Part shown: one piece after another, positions 13,831 through 25,474 of the stretch | Layout: each line of letters opens with the position of its first letter | Numbering within the stretch: position 1 is the first letter of the stretch | NCBI RefSeq assembly: GCF_001194135.2 | Contig: NC_068982.1 | Span: 175,523,593-175,587,592 of the forward strand | Origin: Octopus bimaculoides | Taxonomy: Eukaryota | Direction of reading: 5' to 3' | Length of the DNA: 64,000 nucleotides | Notes under the pieces: generated by a model | The model's database searches: none | What the model was told of the DNA's origin: nothing | The model's input: only the letters and a program-made list of their open reading frames with translations | Made by a program: the position numbers and the translations under genes

Positions 13831-14024
13831 TGTGGGAGAATGTACGAAAAAAAACAACAACAGACGAGGACAGGTGGTGTAAACAACAAAAGGATGTATT
13901 AGTTTGACGCTCAGGAATACAGAAAGTCTTTAACGTTTCGAGCTACGCTCTTCAACAGAAAGAATACGGAGAAAACAAAGAGAAAAACACGGAGAAAAAA
14001 AATTGAATGGTGTTTGGTCAACGA
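13831..14024 (-). mobile_element. Short Penelope-like (pLTR-type) insert
   Basis: Flanked by a 7-bp direct repeat TACTATA (13824-13830, 14025-14031) and carries a minimal HHR motif. Confidence 0.6.
13927..13963 (-). ncRNA. Minimal type I hammerhead ribozyme motif, core variant CUGUUGA
   Basis: UCUUU-CUGUUGA-A-GAGC(GUA)GCUC-GAAA-CG-U-U-AAAGA: perfect 5-bp stem I, 4-bp stem II, palindromic ACGU stem III. Confidence 0.75.
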
Positions 14025-14353
14025 TACTATAGCCTTGGTGTATATGCAAGAAATGATATTGGAAAGTTAGCTAGAGGGAAAATAAGGAGAAATTTTCAAT
14101 GGCAATGATAATTAGAAAAATGAGAATGAGAGAGAGAGAGAGAGTGTGAGTGTGTGTGCGCGTGTGATTAAAATACAGTATGAGAGTAAGTTTTCATAAC
14201 TAAATTTTAATAATACAAAACAGATATTTAAAAGTGATGAAAACACACACATACACACAAAAATAGGGAATAAATGCCATGGTCACTAAAGACAGATTAC
14301 ATTAATTATGATAAATAGGCTGATGAGGAGAAGTTTATAATGATTATTTCTTC

Positions 14354-14700
14354 ATGATGAATATCATTGCAGCAATGCTTTTGCTAGTAGTGTTGATAAT
14401 GAATGATGGTGAAAGAGTAGTGATGTTAGTTTATGCTGATGATGATGAAACTGGTACTGATGGTGGTGGTGATCATGTTACTAATAATGGTGATGATGAT
14501 GATAGTGATTGCAATGGTGATGAAAATACTGCTATTCATAATAACAACAATAATGATGATGATGCTGCTCTCATTAATATCAATAATATTGATGATGATA
14601 ACAACACAAATGATGATTATGAAGATAATAACATAGCAACAAGAAAGGCCTTAATAGTGGTAACGATGACAGCATAAAAACAATAATGCTGATGATTTTG
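14354..14700. repeat. Low-complexity (GAT/AAT/GGT)n tract
   Basis: Degenerate trinucleotide tract; the Asp/Asn-rich and Met/Ile-rich ORFs here are read-throughs of it. Confidence 0.8.
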
Positions 14701-15168
14701 ATGAGAAAGAATACGATTATGACTGCGGTGAAGGAAAAAAGAAGAATAATAGTGGTCATAGAAGGTGGAAGATGTTTCTGGGCTACACTGTATGTTGAGT
14801 ATTTCCGTGCATGTACATCATTTTCTTCCTGAAAATCATATCATTGAGTCTGCTGTGTTGGTGGAGTGGTGGTAGGTGAGCAGAAATTGGATAGATAGAT
14901 AGATAGATAGACAGGTAGGTCAGTAGACTGCTTAGAAAAGTTATGAGGGTAGAAAGGTGGGTAGATAGATAAGTCTGTAGTTATATAGGTGAGTATAGGA
15001 AGGTGAATAGGTAGATAGGTGAGTTGTTATTTGGATGTGAGGGGTAGATAGGTAGGTTGCTGGGTAGGCAGGTATGTAGACATATAGGCTGGCCAACATT
15101 TGGTATTGCAACAGAAGTGCATTGCTAACATTAAAGCACTCTTAGAGATAAACAGACACAGAAATGTG

Positions 15169-15210
<42 letters not shown>

Positions 15211-15835
15211 CGTGTGTGTGTAGATATCAGAAACAGCAGTAGTAATGTTCAAAAAAATTTGGGTGCCACATATTAACCCCACTCACTCACTCACTCACTT
15301 GCACCTACTCCCACCCCCAAACTTGTTGCTGAAAACCAAATGCTAATTGCATGTACATGCAGTCAGGGTTACCATCTAACTGCATATTTGACTAATTTTA
15401 GTGTGTAGTGTTTGTCTAACTTTCCCACACATCCATCTTAACATTCCCAAATAAATGTACACACACACACACACACACACACATAAATTTATGCATGTAA
15501 CTCAACTACTTCATTCCATCAATGCTTTCTCTTTCTTTTCCCACCCCCTCTCTCTCTCCCTTTGTCTCACCACCCTCAACTCACAACAACCCATGTTTCG
15601 TCTATCACATTGATGCATATGACACGGCTGTTGCTTTCGCCTGAAAAACTTTCTCATTGTACTCACCAACCACCCCAATACTACAAACATACTGCTCAAC
15701 CCCTCCAGCACCACCCCCATGATGATACCCCGACACCATACAGTACTGCAGATTTGCAATACATGCTGTAGAACAGCTAGCCTTGACCTGAATAAATATT
15801 GGCTTCTGAAATTTTTTTTTATAGTTTGTCATATG

Positions 15836-15899
<64 letters not shown>

Positions 15900-16482
15900 T
15901 TGTATGTATACATGCATAAAAAACACTAATATTGTGGAAATATATACATGCTGGCTCATATACACATTTGCAGCCACAATTCATTAATAAGAAATCTGAA
16001 AAATGTAATGTGATAAAACGAAGCAAAGTTTTAACCACAAACATCCTGCAACAAATTTACTGGTTGTTTATTCAAAATGTGAAATTTATTAATAGCACAA
16101 ATGTTACTTAGCACAGCAGGGGAAGAGTAACTGTATATAATTGATGCACTTTTATCAAAAAAGCTTTAACATATATTTCAAACTGTCTGAATAAATACTG
16201 TGTACTGCATTATTAACCAACAATGTTAATAGTGCATTATTAATAAACCGTTCTAATAATGCAATATTATACAGATTAGACCACTTTAGCTATGTCTAAG
16301 TTTGTATACACTATAAATAGCTAAAAGCTACTAATCACTCTGAGGGCTGAAGATGAGTATTGACAAAGGTCTAAGGAAACTAGAAGCTAGTCAGATTATG
16401 CCACTTTCTATGTCCAAAGAGAGATAAATATCTGTAGTGTAATCACTTTATTTTTCATAGTGAGGCTAAAATTATAGGTTTC

Positions 16483-16770
16483 ATCATCATCATCGTTTAA
16501 CATCCGTTTTCCATGACGGTTTGACTGGGGACTGGCAACCCAGGAGGCTGCACCAGACACCAATCTGATCTGGTAATGTTTCTATAGCTGGATGCCCTTC
16601 CTAATGCCAACCATTCCAAGAGTGTGGTGGGTGCTTTTTACGTGCCACCGGCATGGGGAGCCAGTCAGGCGGCACTAGCAACAACCCACATATGAATGGT
16701 GCCTATGGTGTGCCACCAACATGGGAGCCAGTCAGGTAGCACTGGCATCAGCCACAACTACAATTTCCAT
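16483..16770 (-). mobile_element. RTE-type 3' end with two hairpin units
   Basis: Same family as 2610-3200. Confidence 0.7.
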
Positions 16771-16917
16771 TATTGATTTTGATTTGATTGAGATTCTGAT
16801 TGTGATTTTGATTTTATAAAAGAAAGAGTGCATCTTACTTCACATTTGTTTTATCAAAAAATACTGTGGTACATTATTAAGCATGTATATATGTGTGTAT
16901 ATATATATAAGAAATTG

Positions 16918-17303
16918 TGAAGGCGCAATGGCTCAGTGGTTAGGGCAGCGGACTCGCGGTCATAGGCTCGTGGTTTCGATTCCCAGACCGGGCGTTGTGA
17001 GTGTTTATTGAGCGAAAACACCTAAAGCTCCATGAGGCTCCGACAGGGGATGGTGGCAAACCCTGCTGTACTCTTTCACCACAACTTTCTCTCACTCTTA
17101 CTTCCTGTTTCTCTTGTGCCTGTAATTCAAAGGGTCAGCCTTGTCACACTGTGTCACGCTGAATATCCCCGAGAACTACGTTAAGGGTACACGTGTCTGT
17201 GGAGTGCTCAGCCACTTGCACGTTAATTTCACGACCAGGCTATTCCGTTGATCGGATCAACTGGAACCCTCGACGTCGTAAGCGACGGAGTGCCAACAAC
17301 AAC
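16918..17303 (+). mobile_element. Full-length, well-preserved tRNA-derived SINE with (CAA)n tail
   Basis: A box TGGCTCAGTGG, B box GTTTCGATTCC, CpG-rich body, tail GGAGTGCCAACAACAAC. Homologous to 60946-61219 (-) and, in its 3' half, to 44270-44585. Confidence 0.85.
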
Positions 17304-17399
17304 ATATAAGAAATTATTCTTTTTATTTTGAATTGCATTGTTAATATATTTACTTTTTTACTTGCTGAATCTGGAGGAAGGAGTGGTGACCATGTCCTT

Positions 17400-17700
17400 C
17401 CACCCCTTGTCACCCTTAAGAAGGTTCTAAAGTAGTGAAGGTATTAGATGAGCCAGCTCTGAAGAACAATGGCCATTAGAGTAACAGAAAAAAAGGCAGT
17501 AAAAGGAGACAGTATGCCTGTGAACTAAATTCTGGAGTCCCTTGTTGACTAAATGCCAATCACTTGAGTAGCCTTTCTCCAGATGCAGTACAGGATGTTT
17601 GTATGCATAGCAACAGCATTGTTCCAAATGTGGGAGAAGTATTCTACTGAGGACATTACTCAAGCCTAATAGAATGCAAGCATCTACTGGCAGCTGAAAT
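17400..17700 (-). mobile_element. CR1/L2/Jockey-group LINE, post-RT C-terminal relic
   Basis: ORF 17427-17663: PHLEQCC..LQNLVHRHTVSFYCLFFCYSNGHCSSELAHLIP, resembling P.LEYCS..LQ.L.HRR.V..L.LFYRY..G.CS.EL..L.P. Confidence 0.65.
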
Positions 17701-17779
17701 ATTTTCTGGCCCTAAAGAGAAGAGCTAGTCTTTAGGATGTAGCGGGTATCGTTAGTGATAACACTCAGCGTTTAGAGTG

Positions 17780-18510
17780 ATAGTGAGGATTAAAGTTGAG
17801 ACATTCTGGGAGAATAATCTGTATGGATGAATACTGGTAAACTTGCATATAGTGATCCTAAAATGAAAGAGACATGAGAGAACTACTGTAAGAGGTTACT
17901 GAACATGGAGAATGCATGGAAAAAAGAAAGCCTTCCAAATGAGAATTTACAGAGGAACAAGCCATTCTAGTTGACAGCAGTGATAAAGCAATTAAGGATA
18001 TAAAGATAAGAATTACTGCCACATGATAAAACATCTAAGGGAATGAGATGGCTTAGTTAATCCAGTTGTGTAGGAAGGTATCATAACCAGTGACTCATGT
18101 AGCAGCATTATAGTCAACTGTTAGAGGAGTAAAAAAGATGCCTTAGAGAGGACTAATTATAGAGGTATTAAATTGCCGGACCAAAGCATGGATGTTACAG
18201 AATCAACTAATTAAGAAGAGGTCAGAACAGATAAGATCCAAATCATGGATGTTACAGATCAACTAATTAGGAAGAGAGTCAGACCAGATGAGATGCATTT
18301 TTAGTTTATAGTAGGGAGAAATACTATTCTTGCAGCTGTCTAACTAGGAAGTAAGACAAGTGAAGAAGTATTTAGCCAAAAGCAAATTGTTGTACTTGGC
18401 TGTCATCAACCTGAAGAAAGCCGTTTGCAGGGTACTTATCTCCCTAAACTGGTGGTCACTGTGTAAGTTAGAAGTAGACAAATGGCTGGTGACAGCCCAC
18501 TGGATTCTGT
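17780..18510 (+). mobile_element. Decayed RTE LINE RT fragment
   Basis: ORF 18360-18551: KKYLAKSKLLYLAVINLKKAVCRV..WWSLCKLEVDKWLV, resembling EKYLAK.K.LYLAFVDLEKAFDRVP..WW.LRKLGV.EWLV. Confidence 0.75.
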
Positions 18511-18707
18511 CAAACCATTCAACCAATACCAACATGGAAGGCAGACATTAAAAGATGATGATGATGATGATGATGATGATAATGATGATAACGANNNNNN
18601 NNNNNNNNNNNNNNNNNNNNNNNNNNNNNNNNNNNNNNNNNNNNNNNNNNNNNNNNNNNNNNNNNNNNNNNNNNNNNNNNNNNNNNNNNNNNNNNNNNNN
18701 NNNNNNN

Positions 18708-18759
<52 letters not shown>

Positions 18760-19277
18760 AATAGATATAATTTTGTTGTCATCATTGTATTTACATCCAT
18801 TTTTGCATGATTCATATGAAATTCATTGAGGTAGGTTTTCCGCAGCTAGATGTCATTCTTGTTGCCAATGCTTAACCGTTTCCAAGCTAAGGAATATTTC
18901 TCCTTGGCCAGATACATTTTCTACAGAAGACTGGGAATGAACATCATGATAGTATGATGGCAAGGCTTGCTTCAACCAACATATATCAAGACAAGAGAAT
19001 GCAAACCCAAAGTCATATATACAAACACACACATAGACATTCGCATGTACATACACACACAAAAAGATATACACCATGGATTGTTTTTAGTTTCCGTGTT
19101 CTAAATCTACTCACAAGTCTTTGGCTGGCCTGGGGCTAAAGCAGAAGATAATTGCCCAATGGTCCACACAATGGACTCAACCTGTTTCATACATGCATAT
19201 CTATACATATACACACATATTGTGTGTGTGTGTATATATACACTCACACAGATAGAAAGATGTAAATAAATATGTGA

Positions 19278-19359
<82 letters not shown>

Positions 19360-19428
19360 CACACACAGAGAGATAAAGATATAGATATCTATCTAACACA
19401 CACATTCTCTCTCTCTCTCTATGATATA

Positions 19429-19462
<34 letters not shown>

Positions 19463-19472
19463 NNNNNNNNNN

Positions 19473-19528
<56 letters not shown>

Positions 19529-20929
19529 GTATATATATGCATACATATTGACAGAGATGAAATTGATAGAAACATACATTAGTAAGCAAGTTGATAATTA
19601 GATAGAATAGAAAGCATTGTAATAGATTTACACAGGCAGATATTCAGATAGATATATAAAGTGATAGAATGACACTCACTTTGAATGAGTGAAAAAGAAA
19701 GTTGTAGTGATAAAGAGAAGAAAGGGAAATAGAACCTAATAAAGCAGCATTACATTTAGAACATAAACTATCATCACGGCAGAAATCTGACCTATAGGAA
19801 TTCTCTCCATTCACTCATGGTAAATTTGATTCTCTCCATCAGTCCTGCCAGCTTCTTGCTGCCTGCCAATTTCCTGAAAGACGGCCACCCAAAGGGATAT
19901 TTTATAGATTTTAATACAAACATATATCTTTCTCAGACTTCTCTCAAGTTTGAAAGACATTTAGTGACCAAATGGGTCATCACTGAACCAGTTACAATTT
20001 GATTGCATTTTATAATTGACTTTTTTTTTTTTTTTCTTATCTATCATTATTGTTTCAATGCTTAATTAGGTTTGTGTTTATTTCTTTATTCATTAATACT
20101 CCTTTCTCTGCCACCATTAAATCTCTTGTTACAGATATTAGCATATGGCAAGGAAACATAAAAATATATAGACACTTATAATATTCCTGGAACACACTTG
20201 CAAAATATGTGTGTGTGTGTGTGTGTGTCCTGAAGACAAAAGTACAGACAAAGCAGAAGAGGGAGAATTGGAAACAACTAAAGCAACAGACAGGAATACA
20301 AACTTAATGCTGTAAAGGACAGGAAAAATTATTGACATTCAGAGAGTTAGTCTTTGTCAAGATAGACATAAGAAGAAAGCGAAAACAAATTAGATAGAAG
20401 AAAAAGTGTGTTTATGGAAGAGGAACATAGTGACTATACACCCATTTCTCTCNNNNNNNNNNNNNNNNNNNNNNNNNNNNNNNNNNNNNNNNNNNNNNNN
20501 NNNNNNNNNNNNNNNNNNNNNNNNNNNNNNNNNNNNNNNNNNNNNNNNNNNNNNNNNNNNNNNNNNNNNNNNNNNNNNNNNNNNNNNNNNNNNNNNNNNN
20601 NNNNNNNNNNNNNNNNNNNNNNNNNNNNNNNNNNNNNNNNNNNNNNNNNNNNNNNNNNNNNNNNNNNNNNNNNNNNNNNNNNNNNNNNNNNNNNNNNNNN
20701 NNNNNNNNNNNNNNNNNNNNNNNNNNNNNNNNNNNNNNNNNNNNNNNNNNNNNNNNNNNNNNNNNNNNNNNNNNNNNNNNNNNNNNNNNNNNNNNNNNNN
20801 NNNNNNNNNNNNNNNNNNNNNNNNNNNNNNNNNNNNNNNNNNNNNNNNNNNNNNNNNNNNNNNNNNNNNNNNNNNNNNNNNNNNNNNNNNNNNNNNNNNN
20901 NNNNNNNNNNNNNNNNNNNNNNNNNNNNN

Positions 20930-21075
20930 GTTCAAAAAAACAACAAAGTGAGGACGTGATACGGATAGTGTTATTGGATGCTCGGGAAAGGAAAGAGAGA
21001 GTGTATGACGTTTCGGGCGTAGCCCTTCGTCGGAAAGATGGAAAGTTCGGAGAATGGAAGAACGGAGAAAGAGGA
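20930..21075 (-). mobile_element. Penelope-like pLTR fragment truncated by a gap
   Basis: Carries an HHR-like motif and a GTCCTC..TTGTTGTT tail similar to 13831-14024. Confidence 0.5.
21001..21040 (-). ncRNA. Minimal hammerhead-like motif, core variant CCGACGA, weak stem I
   Basis: CAUCUUU-CCGACGA-A-GGGC(UAC)GCCC-GAAA-CG-U-C-AUACAC: stem II, GAAA and the ACGU palindrome are intact; stem I pairs poorly. Confidence 0.55.
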
Positions 21076-23000
21076 AAATGGTACCGATATATATATATAT
21101 ATAAGTATCTGTATGTGTATCAGCTGCTATAATTATGAGAGCAAAACTACATATTTCATTCCTTTTGGACTCCTTGGAACCAATTCCTTTTCTTATTCAT
21201 ACCTTGCTTTCAATAGCAACCTGTCCTACTCTACTTTCCACTGGGACCCCACCACTCTATTTTTCCTCTCCCTTTCCTCTGAGCGACATCATAGGACTGC
21301 CACATCTCATTCGTAACTCTCCTATCTGCTGTCATTCTCAACATTTACATGTCTCCCATTCACATCCCCCACTCCATTTTTGTGCACTACTCACTACATT
21401 CAATCTTACATTCATCTGTGTGTCTCTCTCTCTCTCTCTCTCTCTCAAACTCTCACCCTGCACTTCATCTCCCAATTTCTTATCTATCTACAATTTTATT
21501 AAACTGTTGCTCTCCATACTTTCTGATCTGCTACTTACCATCTCATTTGTCCTGTGTCACTCCTATTTTTGCACCTCACCTCCAAACTAATATTTACAAT
21601 CAAACACACCTCCAGCCTTGTTCATTATTCACTGTATCCACTTCTAAGCAGTTCTCACACTCTTACCCATCCACCCTTTCTGATCCCCCTATCTCTATTC
21701 TCTCATATACTCACTCTTGTACTTTGAGTGCATGTCTTGACATTACATCACCACTATCTTTATCTCTCTTTCCAGCTATTCTCACTTGTGTATAATGTTG
21801 GGAAGCTGTATATCTCCACTAAAGCAGGCACCTGTTTCTGCCTCTATATCATGCTTTAAGCTTCTCAACACATGGCATAAAGCTACCTCCCTGTCTACTA
21901 TACACCCATTTGCTTGAGAGGGCTTTTTGTTTGTTTTTTCTTTAAACTGTAAGTTACTTAGTGATGTTACAAACTCCAGTGTCTTGGAAAAAAAAAGCAT
22001 CCAGTACACTCTGGAAAATGGTTGGTGTTAGGAAGGGCATCCAACTGTAGAAACAATGCCAAAAAGGACACTGAAGTTCATTGCAGTCCTTCAGCTTAAT
22101 AGATCTTGTCCAACCCATGCTAGCATGGAAGATGAATGTTAAAAGATGATGATGATGATGATGATGATAATGAAAATGATATATATACCTACATACACAC
22201 AAACACACATGCATACATATAGATGTTTCAGTGTGTGTGTGTGTGTGTGGAGAGTGTGTGTGTGTGTGTGTGTGTTAAGAGTGTGTGTGTGTGTTAAGAT
22301 GCTGTTTGTATAAGTGGTATTGCTTAAACCATGTTGTCTCCTAGTCTCTCTGTCTTACTACTTAGCTATGACAAAGACACAGAGACACAAAAGCATGCGC
22401 ACACACACACACACACACACATTAACAATTTGATTCATTTCACATTAATTTCTTAGACACAGATGACTACGTAACTTCTCAGATGTCAAGGATTAGAAGA
22501 GAAATAAAATTGATTTATAAAGATAAATATTAGGTGGGGCCTCTGCTGCTCCGATTCAAGTCATACGAAGAAATTTGCAGTAGAGCAAAAAACAGCTAAT
22601 TTTGTTTGTTGTTGTTCCACATGGTGGAAGAGACTTTATAGCAGCACCAGCTGGTGTATGACCTGTGAAAATTGAGCCTATGTATGTGCTCCTGTTTTAG
22701 GTCATATCTGGAAAGCACGGAGGGAGAATTCAATATAAACAATTACAAACACTATGAAGGCTACAATTCATCTAATGCAAAGTATATTACAATATGTAAA
22801 TATCTGTATTCAAAAATATACATAATTTCCTATGTTCTAACTATTCTCAACACCATTTTAAAATATATCCAAATTTGATAAGCATATTTACTGTCACTAT
22901 AAATGGAACAGGTACACTTGTGTATATGTATTGATATAGTCTTTCATTTAGTTAATGGCTTTAGTTATCGGAGGGTAGCTGTGTTAGGGCATCATTTTAA

Positions 23001-23221
23001 CCCATTAGCATTTCAACTGGCCATATCCAACCAAAATATTCCACCTGTTTTTAATTTCAAACTGACCAGATCTTAGCTCTCACATCTACCCTACATTATC
23101 ATTTTAAAAATAAACAATCACATTATCATTTCATTGAAACTACAACATAATGCATGATTAATTCAAGATGATATGACTATATAAGCATTACTTTTGGCAG
23201 AGTAATCTGAATGCTAAAGGG
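23001..23221. mobile_element. piggyBac-like MITE
   Basis: TTAA|CCCATTAGCATT ... AATGCTAAAGGG|TTAA; TTAA TSD; about 220 bp. Confidence 0.75.
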
Positions 23222-23237
23222 TTAAAGGATAGATGGA

Positions 23238-23273
<36 letters not shown>

Positions 23274-23537
23274 TGTATGTGTGTATGTGTATATATGTCT
23301 ACACACACACCACCACCACCACCATCACCATCATCACTGTTCCTTATGTCTCTTTTTCTTTGCGGGCCTGAATTGGATAGAACTTTTTGAGGCAGCGTTT
23401 TATGGCTGCATCCCCTTCCCGGTTCCCATGTGTCTTCAAAAGTGTGTGTGTGTGTGAGNNNNNNNNNNTGTGTGTTTGTGTGTGCCCATGTGTCTTCAAA
23501 AGTGTGTGTGTGTGTGTGAGTGTGTGTGTGTGTGTAA

Positions 23538-23810
23538 GGGTGAGTGTGTATGTGCAGGTGAGTGTGTATGTGAGGGTGAGTGTGTATGTGAGGGTGAGTG
23601 TGTATGTGAGGGTGAGTGTGTATGTGAGGGTGAGTGTGTATGTGAGGGTGTGTGCTTGTGTTGTGTGTGTGAGTGTGGATCTGTGTGTGTGTGAGTGTGG
23701 ATCTGTGTGTGTATGAGGGTGAGTGTGTGTGATGGTGTGTGCTTGTGTTGTGTGTGTGTAAGGGTGAGTGTATGTGAGGGTGAGTGTGTATGTGAGGGTG
23801 AGTGTGCTTG
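23538..23810. repeat. 18-bp minisatellite (GGTGAGTGTGTATGTGAG)n in a GT-rich tract
   Basis: About 6 near-perfect units plus degenerate ones; it explains the His/Thr and Cys/Val ORFs. Confidence 0.85.
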
Positions 23811-24450
23811 TGTTGTGTGTATGTATCTGTGAAGGTGGGTATGTGAGGGCGTGTATGTGTGTGTGTTTGAAGGTATGCATATGTGTGTGAGGGTATACGT
23901 GTGTGTGTGTGTGTGTGGTACAAACTACTGAAAAAAAGTAGGATAATATGAGTTTAAGAAAGCTGTAGAAATGTACAAAGAAGTAACATGAGAGAAAAAA
24001 AATAACATTTACTGACCTTTGGTGTACAAACTCTTTTATTCATGTGTTTGAAAATTCCTCCAAATCCTGCAATGAACAAATATAGGATTAAGTTTGTATA
24101 CACACACACATACATCACCACTACCACCACCACCACCATTTAAAGTCCTTTTCCCATTCTGGTAGGAGCTGGTGAGTTCGACATGAACTGACAAGCCAGA
24201 GAGCTGTGTTCACCTCCAGTGTCTGCTTTAGCATGATTTCTACTGCTGGATGTCCTTCCTAATGCCAACCATACTTCACTGAGTGTACCGAGTGCTTTTA
24301 CTGACACTGGAGATCAGCATAGATTTGTGGTTCACTGAATCCTGTCCAATCATTCAAGCCATGCCAACATAAGAAACGAATCTTAAATGATGATGATGAA
24401 ATTGTGAGTGCATGTGTGTTGTATACATGCAAGTAAGTTAAAGAGTGAAT

Positions 24451-24870
24451 GTTGAACACAATGAATAGTCTAACATTATTTACATTATACGGATATTTGT
24501 CCTCATCTTGTTTGTTGTTAACACAACGTTTCGGCTGATATACCCTCCAGCCTTCGTCAGGTGTCTTGGGGAAATTTCGAACCTGGGTTCTCATTCCTAA
24601 CGATGTTACTATTATTATATTATTATTATTATTATTATTACTATTATTAATCAGGTCGCTGCCGTGAATCGAACTCGGAACCTTGGGGTTAGTAGCCCGC
24701 GCTCTTAACCACTACGCCATATGCCCATATGCTATTCATATCTGCACTCGGTCTGCTTAGGAGGTTGTTGTGTCCTAGCATATGTGCTGCTTCTTTTAGT
24801 TTTCGTATTTTCCAGTGTTGTTCCCTGTCTATTATTTTAACTTCATCCCACAGGGGGAGGTGGTTTCCTC
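24451..24870 (-). mobile_element. Penelope-like element 3' end, copy 1 (identical to 25057-25476)
   Basis: Exact 420-bp match to the copy after the gap. Confidence 0.75.
24520..24565 (-). ncRNA. Minimal type I hammerhead ribozyme, canonical core (copy 1)
   Basis: GACAC-CUGACGA-A-GGCUGG(AGGGUAUA)UCAGCC-GAAA-CG-U-U-GUGUU. Confidence 0.8.
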
Positions 24871-25125
24871 NNNNNNNNNNNNNNNNNNNNNNNNNNNNNN
24901 NNNNNNNNNNNNNNNNNNNNNNNNNNNNNNNNNNNNNNNNNNNNNNNNNNNNNNNNNNNNNNNNNNNNNNNNNNNNNNNNNNNNNNNNNNNNNNNNNNNN
25001 NNNNNNNNNNNNNNNNNNNNNNNNNNNNNNNNNNNNNNNNNNNNNNNNNNNNNNNNGTTGAACACAATGAATAGTCTAACATTATTTACATTATACGGAT
25101 ATTTGTCCTCATCTTGTTTGTTGTT

Positions 25126-25171
25126 AACACAACGTTTCGGCTGATATACCCTCCAGCCTTCGTCAGGTGTC
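25126..25171 (-). ncRNA. Minimal type I hammerhead ribozyme, canonical core (copy 2)
   Basis: Stem I GACAC/GUGUU, core CUGACGA, 6-bp stem II, GAAA, palindromic ACGU stem III. Predicted cleavage after U at 25131. Confidence 0.8.
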
Positions 25172-25258
25172 TTGGGGAAATTTCGAACCTGGGTTCTCAT
25201 TCCTAACGATGTTACTATTATTATATTATTATTATTATTATTATTACTATTATTAATC

Positions 25259-25332
25259 AGGTCGCTGCCGTGAATCGAACTCGGAACCTTGGGGTTAGTA
25301 GCCCGCGCTCTTAACCACTACGCCATATGCCC
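25259..25332 (-). promoter_or_regulatory. tRNA-like Pol III internal promoter (tRNA-derived head, not a functional tRNA)
   Basis: GGGCATATGGCGTAGTGGTTAAGAGCGCGGGCTACTAACCCCAAGGTTCCGAGTTCGATTCACGG: A box TGGCGTAGTGG, B box GTTCGATTC, anticodon-like loop CTACTAA, imperfect stems. Duplicate at 24653-24726. Confidence 0.75.
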
Positions 25333-25474
25333 ATATGCTATTCATATCTGCACTCGGTCTGCTTAGGAGGTTGTTGTGTCCTAGCATATGTGCTGCTTCT
25401 TTTAGTTTTCGTATTTTCCAGTGTTGTTCCCTGTCTATTATTTTAACTTCATCCCACAGGGGGAGGTGGTTTCC
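25331..25474 (-). pseudogene. C-terminal fragment of a Penelope-like GIY-YIG endonuclease (48 codons, open)
   Basis: GNHLPLWDEVKIIDREQHWKIRKLKEAAHMLGHNNLLSRPSADMNSIW fits the PLE pattern H..W..V.I.D.E..W..RK.KEA..I....L.R.......IW. Missed by the ORF track because it has no early start codon. Duplicate at 24725-24868. Confidence 0.75.

Larger units (their letters stand above)
13750..14040 (+). mobile_element. SINE fragment interrupted by an HHR-bearing insert
   Basis: CCAAACACATGGTTCCAGGTTCAGTCCCACTGC..CAAGTGTCTTCTACTATA [insert] TACTATAGCCTTGG. The same SINE family occurs at 28840-29075, 36378-36680 and 60660-60845. Confidence 0.6.

Noticed and set aside
19790-19890. Possible minus-strand exon after TCTTTCAG (KLAGSKKLAGLMERIKFTM..)
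   Set aside because: No recognisable protein, stops in all frames nearby, and no partner exons.
23222-23923. 233-aa His/Thr-rich ORF
   Set aside because: Translation of GT microsatellite and the 18-bp minisatellite, and it spans an N gap.
25259-25332. Functional tRNA gene (Ser- or Thr-like)
   Set aside because: The acceptor and anticodon stems are imperfect and it is embedded in a retroelement; treated as a tRNA-derived promoter.
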